From NCBI GenBank assembly GCA_963674705.1, contig OY771506.1, forward strand, positions 5,056,001 through 5,120,000: DNA of 64,000 nucleotides, written 5' to 3'. The stretch comes from Phycisphaeraceae bacterium. Lineage in GTDB: Bacteria > Planctomycetota > Phycisphaerae > Phycisphaerales > Phycisphaeraceae. The translations under genes were made by a program, and so were the position numbers. Below, one piece after another: positions 9,090-17,705 of the stretch. Each line of letters begins with the position of its first letter. The stretch's first letter is position 1. Under the pieces are notes generated by a model. It had not been told where the DNA came from. It was given only the letters and a program-made list of their open reading frames with translations, and did no database searches.

Positions 9090-11981
9090 TTGCTGACGCT
9101 GATCGCTCTAAACGGCCAGGACAAGGGCCGCGTCTTTCAGCTCAACGGCGAAACGCCTGAGCTGCTCGGACGCCAAGCGCCCATGCTCAAGCTTGCCGAC
9201 GCGCAAACCTCCCGCAAGCATGCCGAGATCTGCCTTCAGAACAACACATGGCTGATCCGTGACCTTGGCTCGACCAACGGCACATGGGTCAACGGGCAAA
9301 AGATCACGCAGATCACCGAACTGGAAGTCGGCGACCGCATCGTGATGGGTAGACATCAGTTCCGCGTCAGCCAGATCAGCAACCTGCCCGCGCCAACCCC
9401 GCAACCCAAAACAACTCAACCCGAACCCAGGATCGGCCATGAAGAACTGGCTGATATGGGTGTCGACCTTTCCGAAAGCCTCTCGGCAGACATCCTCGAT
9501 GAGGACGGCGAACTGCCGAAGGTCGCAGAAGATGCCCTGATCGATGAATCGGCTTTGGATGATGACCTGGACATCCCACTGACCACCGCCCCCCCCGCTG
9601 CCCTCGAAGCAGCATCCGATGATGCGCTTGTCGACCTCGACGCGTTGCTGGCAGATGAAGGCGTTGACTTGGGCGCATCGGGCACATCCGCCCCGGTTAC
9701 GGATGAATCACAAGCACAGCCACAACAGACCACCGAATCTATCGAAGCACCAGAGGAAGAAGAATCCCCCGCCGCTTCACAAACGCCTGTATCACCCGAA
9801 GACGGCGTGATCGATCTCGACGCCATACTCGGTGACGACGCGGCTGTTGATCAGGCTGAAGATGTCGACGTGCCCAGCGCGGAAGCTGAGACGCCGGATA
9901 CCGAGATAGAAGACACTTCGGCACCGCAAGAAGCACCTGCGCAAGCGGTCAGCAAGCCGTCGGCCGATGATAATGTTTTTGATATCGATGAATTGCTGGG
10001 TGACGAGGTAGAAGGCGAGGCCGGCTCCGTTAGTGTGGGACACGAGCAAGGGCTTGATGTTTCAGACGATGATGAAGCCATCGACGAAGTGGAACTACCC
10101 ACCGAGCCCGAATTATCTGAGGCTGAAGCAGAACAAGAGGTGGACAGCACTGAAGCCGACGAATCAGACGATGACATCATCGATCTCGACGCACAGTTGC
10201 AGACGCCCGACCAGACCCCCGAAGTCAACGAGCCTGATTCCAGCAACGTCGATGCACTTGGCGAAGTCGAAGCCATGGACAGCCCGGCCGAGGTCGAGCC
10301 GTCCGAACCGGCCGAAGCCGAGGATCAACCGGAAACCGATGAGCCGGTCGAGAAAGATACATCCGACAGCCTGATCGACATCGATGTACTCGCAACCGCA
10401 GTACCCACCGGGACACTGGGTGATAAGCCCGACGATGCTGATATCGAGCTACCAGGCGACGACGATCTCGAAACCGAGCTGGATACCGACACCGACCAGC
10501 AACCGGATGACGCGATCGACGAGGTCCTGGGCGATCTGTCCGATGAACTGGATCAGAAGCCCGAGCCTTCTTCAGACATTCCCGATGACGTATCGGCCGA
10601 AGATTCCGCGATCGAAACACCTGTTGAAATCGAAGACGAAACAACCACTCAACAAAACCTGCAAGCAGAAGACGATGGCTTGGCCGGCATCGACAGGACA
10701 CTGCTGCTTTCAGAAAATGAACAAGCACAAGCGGTCAGCAGCTACAAGAAGTCGCGCGTCAAAATGCTTGTCATTGTGGTGATCTGCCTGGTCATTGCAG
10801 GCGTCGGTGGATTCTTCGGCTATAACTACATCAGCAGCCTGTCCGGCGCTAGCGCGCAATCGAATGATCGTAATACGGTCCCGACCAATAACCGCAACGT
10901 CGTGGATGACAACCGTCAGCCGGATGTCACACCCGCACCGCAAAGCAAGAACACGACGCCCCCGCCCACAAAGCAGACAACACCACCGCCAACCCCCGTG
11001 AAACAGGCGGATTCAACTAACGCGACTCCCAACCCGAAGAAACCGATCGCCGACCCGTTTGCCGACCTGGATGTCCCGCTGGATGGGGACCCGTTCAATC
11101 TGTCAAACGCAAAACCCGAACAGACCGCGCCGGACACAGATGCGACCGAGACACAAACACCTTCACAAGAATCCGACAACACCGCTGGTGAAAGAACTGA
11201 ACAGGCTGAACCAACCTCATTACTTGACACCACGCCAGAGCAAACGCAAGCATCCTCGGATGCGGAAACACTCGCCCTGGCAACAGGCAAACCTGAACAA
11301 CAATCTGTGTCGATCACCGAAACAGATACCGGCACCCCCAACAACGACCTGGAATTGCTGGCAGGCGTGATTGATACAACACGTTCACAAAGCGATAAAG
11401 TTAACGAGGCGGCAACCCTGCTTGGCGCAAGGAAAATCGTATACGTTGTCGATGCCTCCGGCTCGCTGGTCGACAGCTTCCCCCGCGTGCTCAAAGAGTT
11501 GGACAGTGAAGTCGCAAAACTGCTGACCCAACAGGCGTTCACCGTCATCTTCTTCGGGTCCGACGGCGTCACCGAGGTCCCGCCCGTCGGTTTGCGTTGG
11601 GCCAACGACATGAACAAGCACCACCTGCGCCGCTGGATCGCGCCGCAGACCGGCAACGTCAACGCCTGGGGCCGGGGCGATCCGTTGGAAGCCTTACGCA
11701 AAGCCTTCAGTTACCAGCCCAACGAGGTCGTGATCCTCTCGGACAACCTGATCGGCCGACAGGTCTCTCAAGAAGATGTAACGCACCTGCTCGATACGAT
11801 CGCGGAAATGTCACAAGGCAAGGTCGAGATGATCCACGTCGTGCAGTTCTTCGATCGTGACCCGCAACAGGTACTCAAGAGCATCGCCGATCGTTTCCAC
11901 GGCAACTACAACCAGGTCACCAACACCCCCTCGCCCGATGCCCAGACCGCGGTTGATGAAGACCCCTTCAAACTGCAGTGA
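9090..11981 (+). CDS. FHA-domain protein with a long acidic disordered linker, one TM helix and a C-terminal vWA-like domain
   Basis: FHA motifs LGR, SRKHA, DLGSTNGTWVNG; TM MLVIVVICLVIAGVGGFFGY; IVYVVDASGSL and ILSD MIDAS-like motifs. Confidence 0.85.
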   Translation: MLTLIALNGQDKGRVFQLNGETPELLGRQAPMLKLADAQTSRKHAEICLQNNTWLIRDLGSTNGTWVNGQKITQITELEVGDRIVMGRHQFRVSQISNLPAPTPQPKTTQPEPRIGHEELADMGVDLSESLSADILDEDGELPKVAEDALIDESALDDDLDIPLTTAPPAALEAASDDALVDLDALLADEGVDLGASGTSAPVTDESQAQPQQTTESIEAPEEEESPAASQTPVSPEDGVIDLDAILGDDAAVDQAEDVDVPSAEAETPDTEIEDTSAPQEAPAQAVSKPSADDNVFDIDELLGDEVEGEAGSVSVGHEQGLDVSDDDEAIDEVELPTEPELSEAEAEQEVDSTEADESDDDIIDLDAQLQTPDQTPEVNEPDSSNVDALGEVEAMDSPAEVEPSEPAEAEDQPETDEPVEKDTSDSLIDIDVLATAVPTGTLGDKPDDADIELPGDDDLETELDTDTDQQPDDAIDEVLGDLSDELDQKPEPSSDIPDDVSAEDSAIETPVEIEDETTTQQNLQAEDDGLAGIDRTLLLSENEQAQAVSSYKKSRVKMLVIVVICLVIAGVGGFFGYNYISSLSGASAQSNDRNTVPTNNRNVVDDNRQPDVTPAPQSKNTTPPPTKQTTPPPTPVKQADSTNATPNPKKPIADPFADLDVPLDGDPFNLSNAKPEQTAPDTDATETQTPSQESDNTAGERTEQAEPTSLLDTTPEQTQASSDAETLALATGKPEQQSVSITETDTGTPNNDLELLAGVIDTTRSQSDKVNEAATLLGARKIVYVVDASGSLVDSFPRVLKELDSEVAKLLTQQAFTVIFFGSDGVTEVPPVGLRWANDMNKHHLRRWIAPQTGNVNAWGRGDPLEALRKAFSYQPNEVVILSDNLIGRQVSQEDVTHLLDTIAEMSQGKVEMIHVVQFFDRDPQQVLKSIADRFHGNYNQVTNTPSPDAQTAVDEDPFKLQ

Positions 11982-12087
11982 TCAATTCTCCGAAGACCGA
12001 TCCTCTACCACCATCACATAACAAAACGATCCCCCATGATGGGCTGGCGGCGATGTTGATATGTTTCAGTAAGCCCGGGCTGTCTGA

Positions 12088-12507
12088 TTAATCGTAACGG
12101 AAGACACCCTTACGCCAGGCATAAACAAACGCGATGAGCGTCGTCAGGACGAAGAAGAGCATCCTGGCCAGGAAGAGCGGCGTCAGCGTGTCACCTTCCT
12201 GTCCCGCGAGGTTGGGGAACGTGACCGCCCAAGGGTAGAGGAAGACGATTTCGACGTCGAACAGCAGGAACGTCATCGCGACGACGTAGAACCGCACGTT
12301 GAACCGCCGCCGGGCGTTGCCGAAGGGGTTCATGCCTGACTCGTACGCGGTGCCCTTGACCTCGCCCTTTCGTCCGGGGCCGATGATCGTGGTGAGAATC
12401 AGGTTTGCCACGCCGAAAACAATCGCCATCAGCAGCAGCACGCCCAATGCGGCATACTGGTTCAGGTCGCCTGTGGCCAGCGTCAGGATCGGGGTTGGGT
12501 CGCCCAT
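12088..12507 (-). CDS. nuoA: NADH-quinone oxidoreductase subunit A
   Basis: YESGM, RFNVRFYVVAMTFLLFDVEIVFLYPWA, YAWRKGVF. Confidence 0.93.
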   Translation of the reverse strand: MGDPTPILTLATGDLNQYAALGVLLLMAIVFGVANLILTTIIGPGRKGEVKGTAYESGMNPFGNARRRFNVRFYVVAMTFLLFDVEIVFLYPWAVTFPNLAGQEGDTLTPLFLARMLFFVLTTLIAFVYAWRKGVFRYD

Positions 12508-12702
12508 AGGCCCCACAGTGTAGTAAACCGGCCGGGACTAGCAACCGTTGAGCATATCCGGGCGATAGAGTTCGATTTTCAAGTGGCCGGGGAGGCGTAT
12601 GGAAGTTCCTCCGCCCTCCCGAGCTTTCGTTCAAGTGAATGCGTAAAATGCTGCCTCCCAGTAACCCCCCGGAATCCGACACCGCCGCTTCAGGATACCT
12701 GT

Positions 12703-13059
12703 ATGCCCGCGATCGTTACGACCATTGCGCTTTTGTTTGTCAGCAACACCTTCATGACATTTGCGTGGTATGCCCACCTCAAAGAGATGAACCATAAGCC
12801 CTGGCTCATCGCGGCGCTCGTCAGTTGGGGCGTGGCCCTGCTTGAGTACCTGTTCCAGGTCCCCGCCAACCGGATCGGCTTCACCGTCCTGTCCGTGGGC
12901 CAACTCAAGATTCTGCAGGAGGTGATCACCCTGTCGGTCTTCGTACCTTTTTCTTTCTATTACCTGAAAGAGCCGATCAAACTGGATTACCTCTGGGCAG
13001 CGATCTGCATCATGGGCGCGGTCTTCTTCGTATTCCGCAGCAAGTGGGCAGGAGCATAA
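12703..13059 (+). CDS. DMT family small membrane protein (DUF486-like)
   Basis: SNTFMTFAWYAHLK, SWGVALLEYLFQVPANRIG, QLKILQEVITL. Confidence 0.9.
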   Translation: MPAIVTTIALLFVSNTFMTFAWYAHLKEMNHKPWLIAALVSWGVALLEYLFQVPANRIGFTVLSVGQLKILQEVITLSVFVPFSFYYLKEPIKLDYLWAAICIMGAVFFVFRSKWAGA

Positions 13060-13086
13060 GTCGATCGCGATCAGACTCCCATCGCT

Positions 13087-13134
13087 TCACAGCCCGAAGT
13101 GTTCCAAAAGCATGCCATATTGCCGTCGTGTGAT
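13087..13134 (-). pseudogene. Stranded 3'-end remnant of a GH43-like gene
   Basis: Encodes ITRRQYGMLLEHFGL-stop, colinear with [15 protein letters not shown] at 14911-14955. Confidence 0.6.
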
Positions 13135-13183
13135 TGTATGTTTAAATATTATTCGTGATTCTATTGGCGATAATTGGATAGCC

Positions 13184-13219
13184 AAAAAACCACGGATCGG
13201 AGCAGGCTTCGATCCGTGG
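13184..13219 (-). terminator. Rho-independent terminator of the SGNH/PEP-CTERM gene
   Basis: CCACGGATCG/CGATCCGTGG stem followed by a T6 run on the minus strand. Confidence 0.75.
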
Positions 13220-13247
13220 CCTTGCATGTAACAGCAAAACAGCGTGA

Positions 13248-14693
13248 TTAGCGTCGCATGATCATTGATCCGAGACACCCGATCAGTAGCACCACGGTCG
13301 CGGGCTCAGGGACAGCGATAATCTGCATGGCATTGAGGTAGGCATAAGTACCCTCAATGAGATTCACATCGACAAAGACCTTGCCGTATGCATCCGGCCG
13401 GATGCCGCTGACGATGGCGACCTCATCGTCGTTGCCATCATATACCCCATCGCTACCGATATCCGGGCCTCCGGGATGCATGAGGGCGACGCCGGTGTTA
13501 TCGCCGATCACGGTGTATTCGGTGATAGGCGTCCTGAGGCTGATTCGCGAGCCAAAGAACTTGAAGTCGTAGGTGACGTTGGGATCGAGTCCCTCGATTA
13601 TGAAGCCACCGGCCATGTCATCGCTCCCCCCGCCGGGCAGGCCGTCGCCTGTGCTGAAGAAGTAATCCTCGGTAGCGGTGGCGATGGCAAGATCACCCAG
13701 CAGCGAAGGACCGGGTGAGAGCAGCCCGCCGTTGACTTTGCCGTTTAACCTGAACGAACCGGTGATCGTCAAAGTCATCCCGGTATTATTGCCGGCTGTA
13801 TCGACGAGGTTGCCAACATGTTCGCCGGCAAGTGCGGTGGCGCCCCCCTCAGCAGGAGCCCAATTGTTCCAATAGTTGCCGTTTGCATCGGGTCCGATGG
13901 TGTGATCCCCGTCGGTCGGGTTGCTCGGCCCGAAGTCGAACAAAAGGCTGTCGCCGGGCCGCATCGCGTTTGGATTCACCGTGGTGGATGCATTGGGTGC
14001 AACGATCGCTTCGAGTTGGGGCCGGATCACGGATTCCCAGAACAGGTAGCCGTCACGGTTCATGTGGATACTGTCATCAAACAATGATGTGAAGGCCGCA
14101 TCGTCATAAGGATTGAGCGTCGCAAACGCGGCGGGCAGATCGATGTAATGCAGCTTCGGATTGCTCGCGGCCATCGTGGCGATCGAACTGTTAACAGCAT
14201 CTTCAACCGACCGGTTGGATTCACGCCCGGGTGTCGGCATGATGCCCAGGTAGATAATGTCGACATCCGGCTGAGCAGTATGCACCAGGTTCACAAAGTT
14301 CTGGTAGTCGGTGAATACCTCACCGGCGGTCTCGCCGCTGTTGATATCGTTCGTGCCTTCCCAGACAACAATCGCGGATGGGTTGTATGGCAGAACGATG
14401 TCATTGACAAAAGCATTCAGGTTTTCAAACTGCGAACCACCGAAACCGCGTTGAAGAATCTGGTAGTCGTTGAATTGCCGAGTAAGCATCTCCCACCGAC
14501 GGATACTGGAACTGCCGGTAAAAAGAACCGACCCGGAGGCCGGCGGCGCAACGGCATCTTGCGCAACCCATCGGTCGATATCGGCTTGATAAGGAAGCGC
14601 TGCAACAACAGGTGAAACCTGACAGGCAAAACAAACAACCATTGATACGGCTAAAACATGCATCAAAAACGAACATATTCGGGCACGTGACAT
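13248..14693 (-). CDS. SGNH/GDSL hydrolase with a C-terminal domain and PEP-CTERM anchor
   Basis: FTGSSSI, RGFGGS, EGTND, DSIH catalytic blocks; VPEPATVVLL...RR; GGGGAG RBS before ATG 14693. Confidence 0.88.
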   Translation of the reverse strand: MSRARICSFLMHVLAVSMVVCFACQVSPVVAALPYQADIDRWVAQDAVAPPASGSVLFTGSSSIRRWEMLTRQFNDYQILQRGFGGSQFENLNAFVNDIVLPYNPSAIVVWEGTNDINSGETAGEVFTDYQNFVNLVHTAQPDVDIIYLGIMPTPGRESNRSVEDAVNSSIATMAASNPKLHYIDLPAAFATLNPYDDAAFTSLFDDSIHMNRDGYLFWESVIRPQLEAIVAPNASTTVNPNAMRPGDSLLFDFGPSNPTDGDHTIGPDANGNYWNNWAPAEGGATALAGEHVGNLVDTAGNNTGMTLTITGSFRLNGKVNGGLLSPGPSLLGDLAIATATEDYFFSTGDGLPGGGSDDMAGGFIIEGLDPNVTYDFKFFGSRISLRTPITEYTVIGDNTGVALMHPGGPDIGSDGVYDGNDDEVAIVSGIRPDAYGKVFVDVNLIEGTYAYLNAMQIIAVPEPATVVLLIGCLGSMIMRR

Positions 14694-14889
14694 CAAATAA
14701 CTCCCCAATAAAACAAGCTGGTCGCCAGAAAGGATCAATGTGTCTCGGCTGGTATCGGAAGTTTCAACGACACAGAAAAACCACTCCAGAGGATACCATG
14801 GTATCAATATGATTCTGTCATTTCTGGGTAATATATGTTCTTACATGTGCCAAATAGTCGTAAGACTAAGCCATCGAGAATGATTGTAA

Positions 14890-15978
14890 TTAAGGGTGAT
14901 TGGCTTCCTCGAGCCCGAAGTGTTCGATTAGTCTGTCGTATTCCTGCCGTGTAATAGCGATCATGCTGCCGTGGCGGACCTTGACGGGCAGGCTGTATTT
15001 ATCCCAGTTTGAAAAGAACGTGTTGCCGGAGAGTTGATACCACGGCCCGGCCAGGTCCCTGGCGGCCGACAAGCCGTAGGACACGCCGGGGTATTGTTCG
15101 TAATAGAGATACCACACCTTGCCGTCGGGCGATTGGATAAGCGTGGGCGCTTCGCGGAAGTTCGGGCTGATTGGCGCGGATGGCTGAGTATACGGCCCGA
15201 GCGCGCTGTCCGCCTGCGCGATGCGGATCGTCTTGCCCGTCACCCAATCCAGCGACGGGTAACGCTCATCCTTGATGATGGCAAAGTATCGCTCGCCCTG
15301 CTTGCGGATGATCACGTCGATCGTGGCAATGTCCCAATCAAACAGGCGCTGCGGCGGATCGGAAAATGTCTTGAGATCATTGGAAGTCAGGTAAAGCGTG
15401 CGCTGGCTGGCCCAGTAGCGCTCTGGGTCTTCGTCGGAGCCGTGGATATGCGGCGTGTGCCAGGTGAGGATGTATCGCGCATGATCCGCATCATAAAACA
15501 GCTTGGGCGCACCGATGCGTTGCAGTGCTTCGCTGTATCCGGGCGCCTTCTTGAGATCGGGTGTGACGTCGCTGTAACGCGTCCATGTGATCAAATCATC
15601 TGAGACCCAGAAGTTGATGTCAGGCGCATCATCGTTGCGGTTGCCAACGAGATAGTATCGGCCGTCATGTCCTTTGCAGATGTCGGCGTGCCCGCGATAG
15701 TCCTCACTGACACGCTTGCCCTGATTGAGTTGATGCCAATGCAAGCCATCAAGGCTGACCGAATAGTACAGCCGGCCGTAGTCGTGGTGCATCATGTGGG
15801 CGAAGAGATACGCCTCGTTGACGGGTTTTCCATACGTCACCTGCCCTGGTGGCGCAGTAGGAACCGTGATCGTCTGCGACTGCGCCAAAGCCCGCGTCCC
15901 CGACAATACGATCAACCATAGAACGAATAATCCAACAGCCGCACGCCACTTCGACTGGATTCGTGGTTCACTTTCCAT
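14890..15978 (-). CDS. Secreted glycoside hydrolase, GH43-like five-bladed propeller
   Basis: YLFAHM, SLDGLHW, GAPKL, TIDV, REAPT, RHGS; signal peptide; start uncertain (ORF extends to 16017). Confidence 0.75.
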   Translation of the reverse strand: MESEPRIQSKWRAAVGLFVLWLIVLSGTRALAQSQTITVPTAPPGQVTYGKPVNEAYLFAHMMHHDYGRLYYSVSLDGLHWHQLNQGKRVSEDYRGHADICKGHDGRYYLVGNRNDDAPDINFWVSDDLITWTRYSDVTPDLKKAPGYSEALQRIGAPKLFYDADHARYILTWHTPHIHGSDEDPERYWASQRTLYLTSNDLKTFSDPPQRLFDWDIATIDVIIRKQGERYFAIIKDERYPSLDWVTGKTIRIAQADSALGPYTQPSAPISPNFREAPTLIQSPDGKVWYLYYEQYPGVSYGLSAARDLAGPWYQLSGNTFFSNWDKYSLPVKVRHGSMIAITRQEYDRLIEHFGLEEANHP

Positions 15979-16092
15979 GACACGTGCTCCCGCATTTGGA
16001 TAAAAGCCATATTTCACCGTAACACGCCGGCTTATTCACATCAACGCATCGCCGACTGCACCGACCCCGGCCATCACGTTATACTTTCAGCC

Positions 16093-16947
16093 ATGCGTCA
16101 ATACCTCGATTTACTTCAGCACGTTTTGGACAACGGTGCCGTCAAAGACGACCGCACCGGAACGGGCACGCGCAGTGTCTTCGGCTACCAGATGCGGTTC
16201 AACCTCGATGAGCACGCCCCCGCCCCCGGAAGTACCCCCGGAAGTGCCCCCGAAAGTGCCCCCGGAGAGTGCGGCTTTCCCCTGCTGACCACCAAGAAAT
16301 TGCACCTGCGATCCATCATCTACGAACTGCTCTGGTTCCTGCGCGGCGACACGAACATCCGCTACCTCAACGAAAACCGGGTCAGCATCTGGGACGAATG
16401 GGCCGACGAAAACGGCGACCTCGGGCCGGTCTACGGCTACCAATGGCGTAGCTGGCCGGCGCCACACGGCGGGCACGTCGACCAGATCTCGCAGGTCATC
16501 GATCAGATCAAGTACACCCCGGATTCGCGACGCATGATCGTCTGTTCGTGGAATGTGGCGCAGATCGAGAAAATGAAGCTGCCGCCCTGCCACTGCTTGT
16601 TCCAGTTCTACGTCGCCGACGGCCGGCTCTCATGCCAGCTTTATCAACGCAGCGCCGACATCTTCCTCGGCGTGCCGTTCAACATCGCAAGCTACGCGCT
16701 GCTGACCATGATGGCCGCGCAGGTCACCGGCCTGAAGCCCGGCGAGTTCATCCACACGCTCGGCGATGCACACCTGTACTCCAACCACATCGAGCAGGCA
16801 CAAGAACAACTGACGCGCGATCCCCGCCCCCTGCCGCAGATGAAACTCAACGCCGTCGTCGACGATATCTTCGGCTTCGAGTACGAAGACTTCGAACTGC
16901 AGAACTACGACCCCCACCCGCACATCAAAGCAGCAGTAGCGGTGTAA
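16093..16947 (+). CDS. thyA: Thymidylate synthase with a tandem-repeat loop insertion
   Basis: [38 protein letters not shown]. Confidence 0.97.
   Translation: MRQYLDLLQHVLDNGAVKDDRTGTGTRSVFGYQMRFNLDEHAPAPGSTPGSAPESAPGECGFPLLTTKKLHLRSIIYELLWFLRGDTNIRYLNENRVSIWDEWADENGDLGPVYGYQWRSWPAPHGGHVDQISQVIDQIKYTPDSRRMIVCSWNVAQIEKMKLPPCHCLFQFYVADGRLSCQLYQRSADIFLGVPFNIASYALLTMMAAQVTGLKPGEFIHTLGDAHLYSNHIEQAQEQLTRDPRPLPQMKLNAVVDDIFGFEYEDFELQNYDPHPHIKAAVAV
16222..16269 (+). repeat. 4 x 12-bp in-frame tandem repeat inside thyA
   Basis: GCCCCCGGAAGT ACCCCCGGAAGT GCCCCCGAAAGT GCCCCCGGAGAG. Confidence 0.9.
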
Positions 16948-17006
16948 AGCCGGGTCTGGGGTCTAGTCAGAATCAAACCACGAACCACTATTCACTAACC
17001 ACCACA

Positions 17007-17534
17007 TTGAACATCACCGTCAACATCATCGCTGCGATGTCGGAGAACCGTGTCATCGGTAAGGATGGCCAACTCCCCTGGCGCTTGCCCGATGAGATGA
17101 AACACTTCATGCGCTTGACCACCGGCCACACCGTCGTGATGGGCCGAAAGACGTTCGAGTCGATCAACGCTAAGCCCCTGCCCAATCGCAGAAATATCAT
17201 CATCACCCGCAACCCCGACTACAAAGCCGAAGGCATCGAAACCGCCCCAAGCGTAAAAGCCGCGATCGAATTAGCAACTAGCCCCCAATCCCCAACCCCC
17301 AATCTCCAACCCACCGACCTCTTCATCTGCGGCGGCCAGCACGTCTACACCGATGCCCTGCCGTTAGCCGATCGCCTCTACCTCACCCTCGTCCACGCCA
17401 CCTTCGAAGGCGACACCCACTTCCCCCAGTTTGACGAAGGCAACTGGCAACTTGTTGAAGAAAACCATCACGAGCCCGATGACCGGCATGCGTATGCGTT
17501 TACTTTCAAGTTGTATCAACGTTTACCGGCTTAA
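17007..17534 (+). CDS. folA: Dihydrofolate reductase
   Basis: IIAAMSENRVIG, LPW, VMGRKTFES, LPNRRNIIITR, GDTHFP; TTG start at 17007 inferred. Confidence 0.93.
   Translation: MNITVNIIAAMSENRVIGKDGQLPWRLPDEMKHFMRLTTGHTVVMGRKTFESINAKPLPNRRNIIITRNPDYKAEGIETAPSVKAAIELATSPQSPTPNLQPTDLFICGGQHVYTDALPLADRLYLTLVHATFEGDTHFPQFDEGNWQLVEENHHEPDDRHAYAFTFKLYQRLPA
17283..17310 (+). repeat. Heptamer tandem repeat (CCCCAAY x4) inside folA
   Basis: CCCCAAT CCCCAAC CCCCAAT CTCCAAC. Confidence 0.75.
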
Positions 17535-17705
17535 CACACAACTGGCCCTGGTTGTGTTGTATTGAAACATCCAGAATTCATCGTATTTTTCATGATCCAC
17601 ACACCGACGTGATGGACAGAAACTCCGCATGTTTATAGGATGATAATGTCTTAAGTTGAGTTTCTTTGCATCTGTATCTTTAAACAATCATCCGGGAGTC
17701 GATCC

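Noticed and set aside
13087..13278. 63-aa ORF as a real gene
   Set aside because: It spans a terminator; only the last 15 codons have homology, so it is treated as a remnant.
16548..17006. 328-aa ORF suggesting an extended or fused DHFR
   Set aside because: The extension overlaps thyA in another frame; DHFR homology starts near 17007 and thyA has its own stop.
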